NCBI GenBank assembly: GCA_023248365.1
Contig: JAHFER010000011.1
Location: 1-26,254, forward strand
Direction of reading: 5' to 3'
Origin: Nitrospirota bacterium
GTDB lineage: Bacteria > Nitrospirota > 9FT-COMBO-42-15 > HDB-SIOI813
Length of the DNA: 26,254 nucleotides
This document shows positions 7,300 through 15,268 of the stretch, piece after piece. The notes beneath the pieces are model-generated. The model was given only the letters and a program-made list of their open reading frames with translations, searched no databases and had not been told where the DNA came from. Position 1 is the stretch's first letter. Each line of letters opens with the position of its first letter. A program made the position numbers and the translations under genes.

Positions 7300-10200
7300 A
7301 TGAATCAAGTTTTAGAGGACAGGATAAGAGAAATCGGGTATGAAATTTACACCCATGCAATGTTACATACACCTTCTGTCTTTGATAAAAAGCGCTGGGA
7401 GGGAAGGATATTGGAATGGGCTATGAAAGATGAATATTTTAAGACACAGCTTTTCAGATATGTTGATCTATTCCCCGCTTTAAAGAGTGATACATCAGTA
7501 ATAAGGTTATTCAAGGAATACTTTTCTGATTATACTGGAAATTTCTTTCAAATTTTGGTGGGGATTTTTAAGGCTGGTATACAGTACATACCTGAATCAG
7601 GATTAATGAGTAAGGCTGCGGCAAGGATAATAAGGTCAAACATAAAAATTATAGCCGGGCAGTTTATCGCGGGCAATAATCCTGATGAGGCACTTACTGT
7701 TATTGAACGTATGAGAAGTAATGAGACTGCCTTCAGCATGTATCTGCTTGGTGAGACTGTGGTAAGTGACAAAGAGGCGGATAATTATGTTGAAGGGTAT
7801 TTGAATCTTATAGATACGCTTTACCCTATAATAAACCGCTGGGCTCAAAATCCTCTTTTGGATATGGATGATAAAGGGACGATCCCCAAATTAAATATTT
7901 CGATAAAGGTCTCTTCACTCTATTCTCAGCTTGACCCGGTTGATTGGGAAGGTTCAATAGAAGGTGTTAAGAACAACTTCAGGCCTGTTTTCAGAAAGGC
8001 ATTACAACTCAGTGCTTTCGTGACGTTTGATATGGAACACTACTATTATAAGGACCTTTTGATTGCTATCTTCAAAAGCATCCTTGAAGAAGAGGAATTT
8101 AAAGACTATAACTTTGCAGGCATAGCCTTGCAGGCATATTTGAAAGATACAAAAGAAGACCTTAGATCTTTATTAAACTGGGCCAGAGAAAAGGGTAGGG
8201 TTATTACTATTCGCTTAGTGAAGGGGGCATACCGGGACTATGAGATAGTTATAAACAGGCAGAATGGGTGGCCTGTACCTGTATTTCTTAATAAAGGAGA
8301 GACAGACAATAATTTTGAAGAGCTTACCCGTATGCTAATGGAGAATACAGATATAGTACGGCCGGCGATTGCTACCCATAATATAAGAAGTATTGCTAAT
8401 ACTATAGCGCTAATTGGTGAGCTTGACCTTGATAAAAAAGCATTTGAATTTCAGATGCTGTATGGAATGGGAGAATCCTTAAGAGAGGTTGTGCAGAAGA
8501 TGGGATACAGGGTTCGAGTCTATACTCCTGTCGGAGAAATGATTCCGGGAATGGCCTATCTTGTAAGGAGGCTTCTTGAAAACACTTCCAATGAATCCTT
8601 TTTAAGGAAGTCATTTGCAGAAGGGAGTGCATTTGAAGATTTGATAAGCCCCCCTCACCAGATTGGAAAGGCGGGAGGGGGTAAGTGGGAGGGTGAGCCG
8701 GGATTCTGTAATGAACCCCTTACTGATTTTTCAAAAAAAGAAAACAGGGAAAAGATGACGGCTGCCATTGATAAGATTAGGAATGAATGTAACAAAGAAT
8801 ATCCCCTGCTTATTGGGGGAAAAGAGGTTTGGACTGATGATTCGATTATTTCTGTAAATCCTGCAAGACCTGGAGAGGTATTAGGTAAAGTATCATCTGC
8901 ATCAATAGAAGAAGCGGGCAGGGCAGTGGATCAGGCAAAAACGGCATGGAGAGCCTGGCGAAAGACATCTTCCAAAGAACGGGCATCATATCTTTTAAAG
9001 GTTGCTGAAATATTAAAGAGGGATAGATTTGATCTCGCTGCCCTTGAGGTGTTTGAGGTGGGGAAGACATGGAAAGAGGCAGATGCAGATGTTGCAGAGG
9101 CAATTGATTATATGAATTATTATGGGGCAGAGATGATACGGCTAAGCTCCAGGCGGCTTGGGGATTATCCCGGTGAGGTAAATGATTATGTATACAAGCC
9201 AAAAGGAATAGGAGTTGTAATATCTCCATGGAACTTTCCGTTAGCAATACCGGCAGGTATGGCAGCGGCCAGTATAGTTGCGGGCAATTGCGCAATCCTC
9301 AAACCATCAGGACTTTCTCCCGTAATTGGCTATAAGCTTGTTGAAATCTTCAAAGACTCTGGTCTTCCAAATGGTGTTTTTCAATTTCTTCCCGGTTCCG
9401 GCAGTGTTATTGGAGAATATATTGTAACTCATCCAGATGTGGATTTTATTGCTTTTACAGGTTCTAAAGAGATAGGTCTAAAAATAGTAGAGTTAGCCGC
9501 AAAGACCGCCCCGGAGCAGAGGAATATAAAAAAGGTTATTGCGGAACTGGGCGGCAAGAATGCAATTATTATTGATGGGACAGCAGATCTCGATGAAGCG
9601 GTAAAGGGTGTCCTTGAATCAGCGTTTGAATTTCAGGGACAAAAGTGTTCTGCATGTTCAAGGATAATTGTTATTGAAGATATTTATGAGGAATTTCTCG
9701 AAAGATTTAAGGATGCTTCCTCAAGTTTAAAGATTGGCCCTACTGACAGGCCAGGGAACTTCATGGGGCCTGTTATAGATAGGAATGCCTTTAAAAATAT
9801 TAAGGATTACATAGAGATAGGAAAAACAGAAGGGGTTCTTATTTTCCCAAATGTTCTCTTAGTAAAGCCAAACCTTATGCATCACCCCCCTTTAGAAAAG
9901 GGGGGCCAAGGGGGATTTGACAATAGATACTTTATAGGTCCCACAATCTTTACAGAAGTTTCTTCTGACGCACGAATTGCCCAGGAGGAGATTTTTGGAC
10001 CGGTTGTAGCCATGCTAAAGGCTTGTGATATTGATGATGCTATCAGGATTGCCAATTCAACTTCCTATGCCCTGACCGGAGGTATCTACTCCAGAAGTCC
10101 GGCAAATATAAGGAAGGCAAGAGAAGAGTTCAGGACTGGCAACCTTTACATAAATCGTTCAATAACAGGGGCGCTCGTGGGCAGACAGCCTTTTGGTGGA

Positions 10201-10314
10201 TCTGGCATGTCCGGGATAGGGTCAAAGGCAGGGGGGCCGGATTATTTATTACAGTTCATGAATCCAATTTGCATCAGTGAGAATACGTTGAGAAAGGGGT
10301 TTGTACCAAAATAA
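7300..10314 (+). CDS. putA: Bifunctional proline dehydrogenase / P5C dehydrogenase (short PutA, no DNA-binding domain)
   Basis: PRODH motifs RLVKGAY, ATHN, EFQMLYGM and AYLVRRLLEN. ALDH motifs SPWNFP, FTGS, AELGGKN, GQKCSACSR and EEIFGP. Length 1004 aa. Confidence 0.95.
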   Translation: MNQVLEDRIREIGYEIYTHAMLHTPSVFDKKRWEGRILEWAMKDEYFKTQLFRYVDLFPALKSDTSVIRLFKEYFSDYTGNFFQILVGIFKAGIQYIPESGLMSKAAARIIRSNIKIIAGQFIAGNNPDEALTVIERMRSNETAFSMYLLGETVVSDKEADNYVEGYLNLIDTLYPIINRWAQNPLLDMDDKGTIPKLNISIKVSSLYSQLDPVDWEGSIEGVKNNFRPVFRKALQLSAFVTFDMEHYYYKDLLIAIFKSILEEEEFKDYNFAGIALQAYLKDTKEDLRSLLNWAREKGRVITIRLVKGAYRDYEIVINRQNGWPVPVFLNKGETDNNFEELTRMLMENTDIVRPAIATHNIRSIANTIALIGELDLDKKAFEFQMLYGMGESLREVVQKMGYRVRVYTPVGEMIPGMAYLVRRLLENTSNESFLRKSFAEGSAFEDLISPPHQIGKAGGGKWEGEPGFCNEPLTDFSKKENREKMTAAIDKIRNECNKEYPLLIGGKEVWTDDSIISVNPARPGEVLGKVSSASIEEAGRAVDQAKTAWRAWRKTSSKERASYLLKVAEILKRDRFDLAALEVFEVGKTWKEADADVAEAIDYMNYYGAEMIRLSSRRLGDYPGEVNDYVYKPKGIGVVISPWNFPLAIPAGMAAASIVAGNCAILKPSGLSPVIGYKLVEIFKDSGLPNGVFQFLPGSGSVIGEYIVTHPDVDFIAFTGSKEIGLKIVELAAKTAPEQRNIKKVIAELGGKNAIIIDGTADLDEAVKGVLESAFEFQGQKCSACSRIIVIEDIYEEFLERFKDASSSLKIGPTDRPGNFMGPVIDRNAFKNIKDYIEIGKTEGVLIFPNVLLVKPNLMHHPPLEKGGQGGFDNRYFIGPTIFTEVSSDARIAQEEIFGPVVAMLKACDIDDAIRIANSTSYALTGGIYSRSPANIRKAREEFRTGNLYINRSITGALVGRQPFGGSGMSGIGSKAGGPDYLLQFMNPICISENTLRKGFVPK
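9881..9918. repeat. G/C-run palindromic element inserted in frame in putA
   Basis: CCCCCCTTT-aga-AAAGGGGGG (perfect 9-bp stem) followed by CCAAGGGGGATTT. It encodes HHPPLEKGGQGGF. Confidence 0.65.
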
Positions 10315-10315
10315 C

Positions 10316-10542
10316 AAGGCTATTTACCACAGAACACACAGAGAAAGATATTATAAATTAAAGAGAAACCTGTTTTCTCTGTGCACTCATTAATTGAATG
10401 AAATGCTTTTGATTAATCAACAAATTTAATACTTGAGAACACAGAGGACTACTTGAATTTACTATGTTTTTAGTTTTAAAATTTTTCCTCTGTGCGCTCT
10501 GTGGTTTTAGAATCGCTCAATTTGGGCACAAGGTAAGTTATG
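10316..10542 (+). repeat. 227-bp leader element, copy A, upstream of mnmE
   Basis: Terminal inverted repeats ACCACAGA-nnn-CACAGAG (10326-10343) and CTCTGTG-nn-CTCTGTGGT (10488-10505). About 80% identical by hand alignment to 11947-12173, up to the ATG. Confidence 0.9.
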
Positions 10543-11916
10543 GTTATCCAGGAAGAGACAATCTGTGCGATAGTTACTCCTCAGGGTATAGGAGGAATAA
10601 GCGTTATAAGGCTGAGTGGAAAAGATGCGATTGGTATCGCCTCCAGGCTTTTTCAAAAGAAGTCAGGTAAACCTATTATCAATGCCTCTACCCATACCCT
10701 TCATTACGGATTTATTGTGGACCCGGTTTCAGGGGAGAAAGTAGATGAAGTTATGGTGAGCATAATGAGATCACCGCATAGCTTTACATGTGAAGATGTT
10801 ATAGAGGTCAGTTGCCACGGCGGGGTTTTAATTTCTACAAAGGTTCTTGAGGCATTTATAAGAGAAGGGGCGAGACTTGGTGAACCTGGAGAGTTTACTA
10901 AAAGGGCCTTCTTAAACGGGAGGATTGACCTTGCCCAGGCAGAAGCGGTTATTGGTTTAATAAATGCTAAGACAGAAGCTGGAATGAAGTCTGCAATATG
11001 GCAGTTGGAAGGCAAATTATCTAAAGAAATCAATATGTTAAAAGATGAAGTGGTTGGAGTTATGACAGTTGTAGAGGCTTATATTGATTTTCCGGATGAT
11101 GATATTGATATTCCTGTTAATGACCTGACAGATCGTATTTCGATTGTCATTGGCAGGATTGAAAGGCTTATCGGAGGGTATTACAAAGGGAGGCCATTCA
11201 GGGAAGGGGTTTTAACCGCCATTGTGGGGCGGACAAATGTAGGAAAATCAAGTCTGCTTAATACCCTTATTGGAGAAGAACTGGCAATAGTAACACCTCA
11301 TCCCGGTACAACCAGAGATATTATAGACGGAATGGTGCATGTCTGCGGTATACCTCTCAGGCTTTTAGATACTGCTGGATTGCGTATAACAGAGGATGCG
11401 GTTGAAGAGGAAGGCATAAAGCGTATGTATAACTCCATTGATAAGGCTGAACTTATTTTACTTGTGCTTGATGTTAGTGAGCCGCTTACAGAGGATGATA
11501 AAAATATACTTGAACATATAAGAGAAAAGAAAAGGATTATTGTTGCTAATAAGGTTGATAAAGGAATTGTAATTGACAATGAACTTGTTGCGCAGGGCTG
11601 TCCGATAGTTCATACTTCTGTGCTTAACGGGGAGGGGATTGAGGAATTAAAAGGGATAATTAAACAGACTATAGCTGGAATGGGCGGGAAAGAGACAGAA
11701 GATGCTGCTGTTACAAAACTGCGTCATAAGATTGCACTTGAAGAGACAAAAAAAGAGTGTGAAATGTTTTTAGACACTTGTAACAAAGGGGTTCCGCTTG
11801 AAATTCAGGCCATCCATCTTCGCCGGGCAGTTGACTTCTTTGGTGAGATTACAGGCGTAGTTACTACAGATGATATTTTAAACAAGATATTTAGTGAATT
11901 TTGCATAGGCAAGTAA
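10540..11916 (+). CDS. mnmE: tRNA U34 modification GTPase MnmE
   Basis: GIGGISVIRLSG, SFTCEDVIEVSCHGG, GEFTKRAFLNGRIDL, GRTNVGKSS, GTTRD, DTAG, NKVD, and C-terminal FSEFCIGK. Confidence 0.98.
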   Translation: MVIQEETICAIVTPQGIGGISVIRLSGKDAIGIASRLFQKKSGKPIINASTHTLHYGFIVDPVSGEKVDEVMVSIMRSPHSFTCEDVIEVSCHGGVLISTKVLEAFIREGARLGEPGEFTKRAFLNGRIDLAQAEAVIGLINAKTEAGMKSAIWQLEGKLSKEINMLKDEVVGVMTVVEAYIDFPDDDIDIPVNDLTDRISIVIGRIERLIGGYYKGRPFREGVLTAIVGRTNVGKSSLLNTLIGEELAIVTPHPGTTRDIIDGMVHVCGIPLRLLDTAGLRITEDAVEEEGIKRMYNSIDKAELILLVLDVSEPLTEDDKNILEHIREKKRIIVANKVDKGIVIDNELVAQGCPIVHTSVLNGEGIEELKGIIKQTIAGMGGKETEDAAVTKLRHKIALEETKKECEMFLDTCNKGVPLEIQAIHLRRAVDFFGEITGVVTTDDILNKIFSEFCIGK

Positions 11917-11917
11917 A

Positions 11918-11933
11918 TGTTCCACGTGGAACA
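11918..11933. promoter_or_regulatory. parS centromere-like site 1
   Basis: Perfect palindrome TGTTCCACGTGGAACA matching the widespread parS consensus TGTTNCACGTGAAACA. It extends to a 24-bp palindrome at 11914-11937. Confidence 0.93.
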
Positions 11934-11946
11934 TTTAGAACCTAAA

Positions 11947-12173
11947 AAGGCGATTCACCACAGAGTACGCAGAGAAAGATATTATAAAGCAAACAAAAAA
12001 CTGCTTTTCTCTGTGTACTCATTAAGTGAATGAGATACGTTGCTTTAAACAACAAATTTAATACTTGAGCACGCAGAGAATTACTTGAGTTTTCTATGTT
12101 TTTAGTTTAATAATTTTTCCTCTGTGAACTCTGTGGTTTAGAAATCGCTAAACTTGGGTAGAAGGTTTATATG
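11947..12173 (+). repeat. 227-bp leader element, copy B, upstream of mnmG
   Basis: Inverted ends at 11957-11974 and 12120-12137. Colinear with copy A through the start codon. Confidence 0.9.
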
Positions 12174-14036
12174 TCAATATCAAGTTATGATGTAATAGTT
12201 GTTGGTGCCGGTCATGCCGGGTGTGAGGCTGCACTTGCGTCTGCAAGGATGGGATGCAAGACCCTTGTACTTACCTCCAATTTAGATAACATAGCCATGA
12301 TGTCCTGCAATCCAGCAATAGGGGGAATTGCAAAGGGTCATCTTGTCAGGGAGATAGATGCCCTTGGAGGTGAAATGGCAAAGGTTACAGACAGCACTGG
12401 AATACAGTTCCGTATGCTTAATACAAGCAAAGGCCCTGCTGTTCAGGCCATAAGGGCCCAGGTGGACAGAAATCATTATAAACGTGCTATGCGCTCTGTT
12501 CTTGAGGCACAGGATAACCTTAGTATAATTCAGGGTATGGCAGACAAACTCCTTATAAAAGAAGGGGTTGTAAGGGGCGTAAAGACCAATCTCGGGATTG
12601 AATATGAGGCGAAGGCTGTAATTCTTACAACCGGTACTTTTATGAGGGGATTAATTCATATTGGATTGAATAATTTTCCAGGAGGAAGGGCAGGGGATCT
12701 TCCATCATTAGGGCTGTCGGAAGATTTGGAACGGATTGGATTCAAATTAGGCAGGCTTAAAACCGGAACCCCCCCAAGACTAAATGCTAAGAGTATAGAT
12801 TTCAGCAATATGGCAGAGCAAAAGGGGGATGATCCTGTTATTCCTTTTTCATATACTACTGATAAGATTGAGAGGCCGCAGGTATCCTGTTATCTTACAT
12901 ATACATCTCCTGTAACTCATGAGATTATAAGGAAAAATCTTGATAAATCTCCTCTATACAGCGGGATTATAAAAGGGGTAGGGCCGCGGTACTGCCCTTC
13001 AATTGAAGATAAGGTAATGCGGTTTTCCCTGAAGGAGAAACATCAGGTATTTCTCGAACCAGAGGGGTTCGATACTGTAGAGATTTACGCAAATGGAATC
13101 TCTACAAGTCTGCCTGCAGATGTTCAGCTTGATATAGTCAGATCAATAAAAGGGCTTGAAAATGCAGAGATAATGCGGCCCGGATATGCCATTGAGTATG
13201 ATTTTGTTCCTCCGACACAACTAAAACCTACATTGGAAACTAAACTCATTACAGGTCTGTATAATGCCGGTCAGATTAATGGGACCTCCGGATATGAAGA
13301 AGCAGCAGCCCAGGGTATTATAGCAGGCATCAATGCGGCACTGAAGATTCAGGGGAGAGGGCCTTTTATCCTCGACAGGTCAGAGGCCTATATAGGTGTA
13401 CTAATTGATGATCTTATTACAAAAGGGACTCAGGAACCTTACAGGATGTTTACATCAAGAGCAGAGTACAGGCTTTTGCTTCGTCATGATAATGCTGATG
13501 CACGGCTTACTGAAAAAGGGTATAACATAGGCATGATTTCTCCTGAACATTATAAATTGTTCAAAGAAAAGAGGGGTGTTATTGATGGCGAGATAATGCG
13601 TCTCAGGAATTCAAGGGCAGGAAACAGGATATTTGTAAATGAAAAACTCAGAAGTATTAATACCGGAGAAATAATGGCGGATACAACTTTGGCCCAGTTA
13701 CTTCAGAGGCCGGAAATATTATATTATACCATTGAGAAAATATCACCTTCTGAACACCATCTTAACAGCGAAGTAAAAAAGTCTGTGGAAATAGAGGTAA
13801 AGTATGACGGATATATCAAACGCCAGTTGCAATCTATAGAAAGATTTAAGAATCTGGAAAATAAGCTCATCCCGGCTGATTTTGAGTATACTGGTACACC
13901 GGGTCTCTCAAGTGAAGTAGTAGAAAAACTTAACGCTATAAAACCGCTATCACTTGGGCAGGCCTCCCGTATCTCCGGAGTTACTCCGGCAGCAGTGTCT
14001 ATTATTGCCATTACCCTTGCAAAAAAAGCGAGATAG
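12171..14036 (+). CDS. mnmG: tRNA uridine-5-carboxymethylaminomethyl modification enzyme MnmG (GidA)
   Basis: GAGHAGCEAA, MSCNPAIGG.AKG.LVREIDALGG, GRLKTGTPPR, GPRYCPSIEDK, AGQINGTSGYEEAAAQG, EPYRMFTSRAEYRL. Confidence 0.98.
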   Translation: MSISSYDVIVVGAGHAGCEAALASARMGCKTLVLTSNLDNIAMMSCNPAIGGIAKGHLVREIDALGGEMAKVTDSTGIQFRMLNTSKGPAVQAIRAQVDRNHYKRAMRSVLEAQDNLSIIQGMADKLLIKEGVVRGVKTNLGIEYEAKAVILTTGTFMRGLIHIGLNNFPGGRAGDLPSLGLSEDLERIGFKLGRLKTGTPPRLNAKSIDFSNMAEQKGDDPVIPFSYTTDKIERPQVSCYLTYTSPVTHEIIRKNLDKSPLYSGIIKGVGPRYCPSIEDKVMRFSLKEKHQVFLEPEGFDTVEIYANGISTSLPADVQLDIVRSIKGLENAEIMRPGYAIEYDFVPPTQLKPTLETKLITGLYNAGQINGTSGYEEAAAQGIIAGINAALKIQGRGPFILDRSEAYIGVLIDDLITKGTQEPYRMFTSRAEYRLLLRHDNADARLTEKGYNIGMISPEHYKLFKEKRGVIDGEIMRLRNSRAGNRIFVNEKLRSINTGEIMADTTLAQLLQRPEILYYTIEKISPSEHHLNSEVKKSVEIEVKYDGYIKRQLQSIERFKNLENKLIPADFEYTGTPGLSSEVVEKLNAIKPLSLGQASRISGVTPAAVSIIAITLAKKAR

Positions 14037-14040
14037 GAAA

Positions 14041-14056
14041 TGTTCCACGTGGAACA
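14041..14056. promoter_or_regulatory. parS site 2
   Basis: TGTTCCACGTGGAACA, 4 bp after the mnmG stop codon. Confidence 0.93.
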
Positions 14057-14077
14057 TTAAGCATTCAGTTTGACAGA

Positions 14078-14117
14078 AAATAAAAAACCCTTATCAAATT
14101 AACACCTGATAAGGGTT
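14078..14117 (-). terminator. Rho-independent terminator for the small minus-strand ORF
   Basis: 11-bp stem AACCCTTATCA (14086-14096) / TGATAAGGGTT (14107-14117), followed on the minus strand by TTTTATTTT. Confidence 0.8.
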
Positions 14118-14127
14118 AGGATTAAGG

Positions 14128-14156
14128 TTGCATGAATACCTTGACTAATTTATAAT
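14128..14156 (+). promoter_or_regulatory. Candidate sigma70 promoter firing antisense into the small ORF
   Basis: TTGCAT (14128-14133), 17-bp spacer, TATAAT (14151-14156). Confidence 0.5.
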
Positions 14157-14245
14157 AAAATCTGTCCGCCGATTAACATACCTACTGCTAAAACCAGGGT
14201 AATTACAGCGTGGGCAATAAAAGCCTTTTTTTCATCTTTTTGCAT
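14150..14245 (-). CDS. 31-aa single-TM small protein (not in the ORF track)
   Basis: Manual translation MQKDEKKAFIAHAVITLVLAVGMLIGGQILL. Strong SD AAAGGAGGTGG upstream, an upstream TATAAT (14325-14320) and a downstream terminator. Confidence 0.7.
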   Translation of the reverse strand: MQKDEKKAFIAHAVITLVLAVGMLIGGQILL

Positions 14246-14396
14246 TATGTTTCCACCTCCTTTCATTTTCTTAATTTGAATATATTGTTTATTTTTATTT
14301 TCTTTATTCTTATGAGTTTATTATATTGATCCGGGATTAAAGGGAAATTAGAATGGGAAAATTAATCTTTATTCGTGACATTCGGTATTTTTCGAG

Positions 14397-14412
14397 TGTT
14401 ACACGTGGAACA
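14397..14412. promoter_or_regulatory. parS site 3
   Basis: TGTTACACGTGGAACA, 79 bp upstream of the parA start and near a TG-n-TACAAT extended -10 (14440-14448). Confidence 0.88.
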
Positions 14413-14491
14413 TAGTTGCTTCCCATTACCTATTGATTATGATACAATCTCTGAAATTATCTTTTTGTTAATAGTATAACTTATTGAATTT

Positions 14492-15268
14492 ATGGGAAAA
14501 ATCATTTCTATAACAAATCAGAAGGGTGGTGTAGGAAAGACCACTACGGCCATAAATATGGCCGCATCTCTTGCTGTTGCAGAGAAGTCTGTGCTTTTGA
14601 TTGATCTTGACCCTCAGGGTAATGCATCAAGCGGTTGCGGTATTGATAAAAACTCCCTAAGTGCATCAATATACCATGCCCTTACCGGTGAAAAGGATAT
14701 AAGGGATATTGTAGTGCCGACTGGGCTGAAATTTTTTAAACTTGTTCCTGCCAGCATAGATCTCATTGGCGCTGAGATAGAACTTATTGAAGCGGAGAAG
14801 CGGGAGTTTACCTTACAAAAGGCTATTGAGCCATTAAAAAAAGATTTCAATTATATTATTGTGGACTGTCCTCCTTCTCTTGGCTTACTTACAATAAATG
14901 CCCTTTCTGCTGCGGATTCTGTAATAATACCAGTGCAGTGTGAATTTTTTGCAATGGAGGGGTTGAGTCAGATAGTGAAGACCATTGATCTGGTACAGAA
15001 GTCTTTTAACAGGGAACTGATGATAGAAGGCATACTTCTCACCATGTTTGACAGCAGGAACAATTTGGCCCATCAGGTTTCTGAAGAGATTAGAGGGCAT
15101 TTTAAAGACATAGTATTTAAGAGTGTTATTCCAAGGAATGTAGCACTTGGGGAAGCGCCAAGTCATGGTAAACCAATAGTTTTGTATAACATCAATTCAA
15201 AAGGTGCACAGTCTTACCTGGAACTGGCCCTGGAGGTGATAAATAATGATAAAAAAGGCATTGGGTAG
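14492..15268 (+). CDS. parA: Chromosome partitioning ATPase ParA/Soj
   Basis: NQKGGVGKTTTAIN (deviant Walker A), IDLDPQGNAS, DCPPSLGLLTINAL, PVQCEFFAMEG, EAPSHGKP. Confidence 0.97.
   Translation: MGKIISITNQKGGVGKTTTAINMAASLAVAEKSVLLIDLDPQGNASSGCGIDKNSLSASIYHALTGEKDIRDIVVPTGLKFFKLVPASIDLIGAEIELIEAEKREFTLQKAIEPLKKDFNYIIVDCPPSLGLLTINALSAADSVIIPVQCEFFAMEGLSQIVKTIDLVQKSFNRELMIEGILLTMFDSRNNLAHQVSEEIRGHFKDIVFKSVIPRNVALGEAPSHGKPIVLYNINSKGAQSYLELALEVINNDKKGIG

Noticed and set aside
8649-8698. Second G/C-rich quasi-palindrome in the putA interdomain linker (CCCCCTC...GAGGGGG, CTCACC...GGTGAG)
   Set aside because: The stems are short and the linker is naturally variable and Pro/Gly-rich. It might be a decayed repeat but this is not supportable.
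10464-10670. 68-aa ORF starting within the mnmE leader
   Set aside because: It is derived from the repeat sequence, overlaps mnmE out of frame, and has no SD or recognisable motif.
10316-12173. Possible CRISPR array from the repeated CACAGAG motifs
   Set aside because: There is no regular 25-45 bp repeat/spacer periodicity and no cas genes. The motifs are arms of long inverted repeats.
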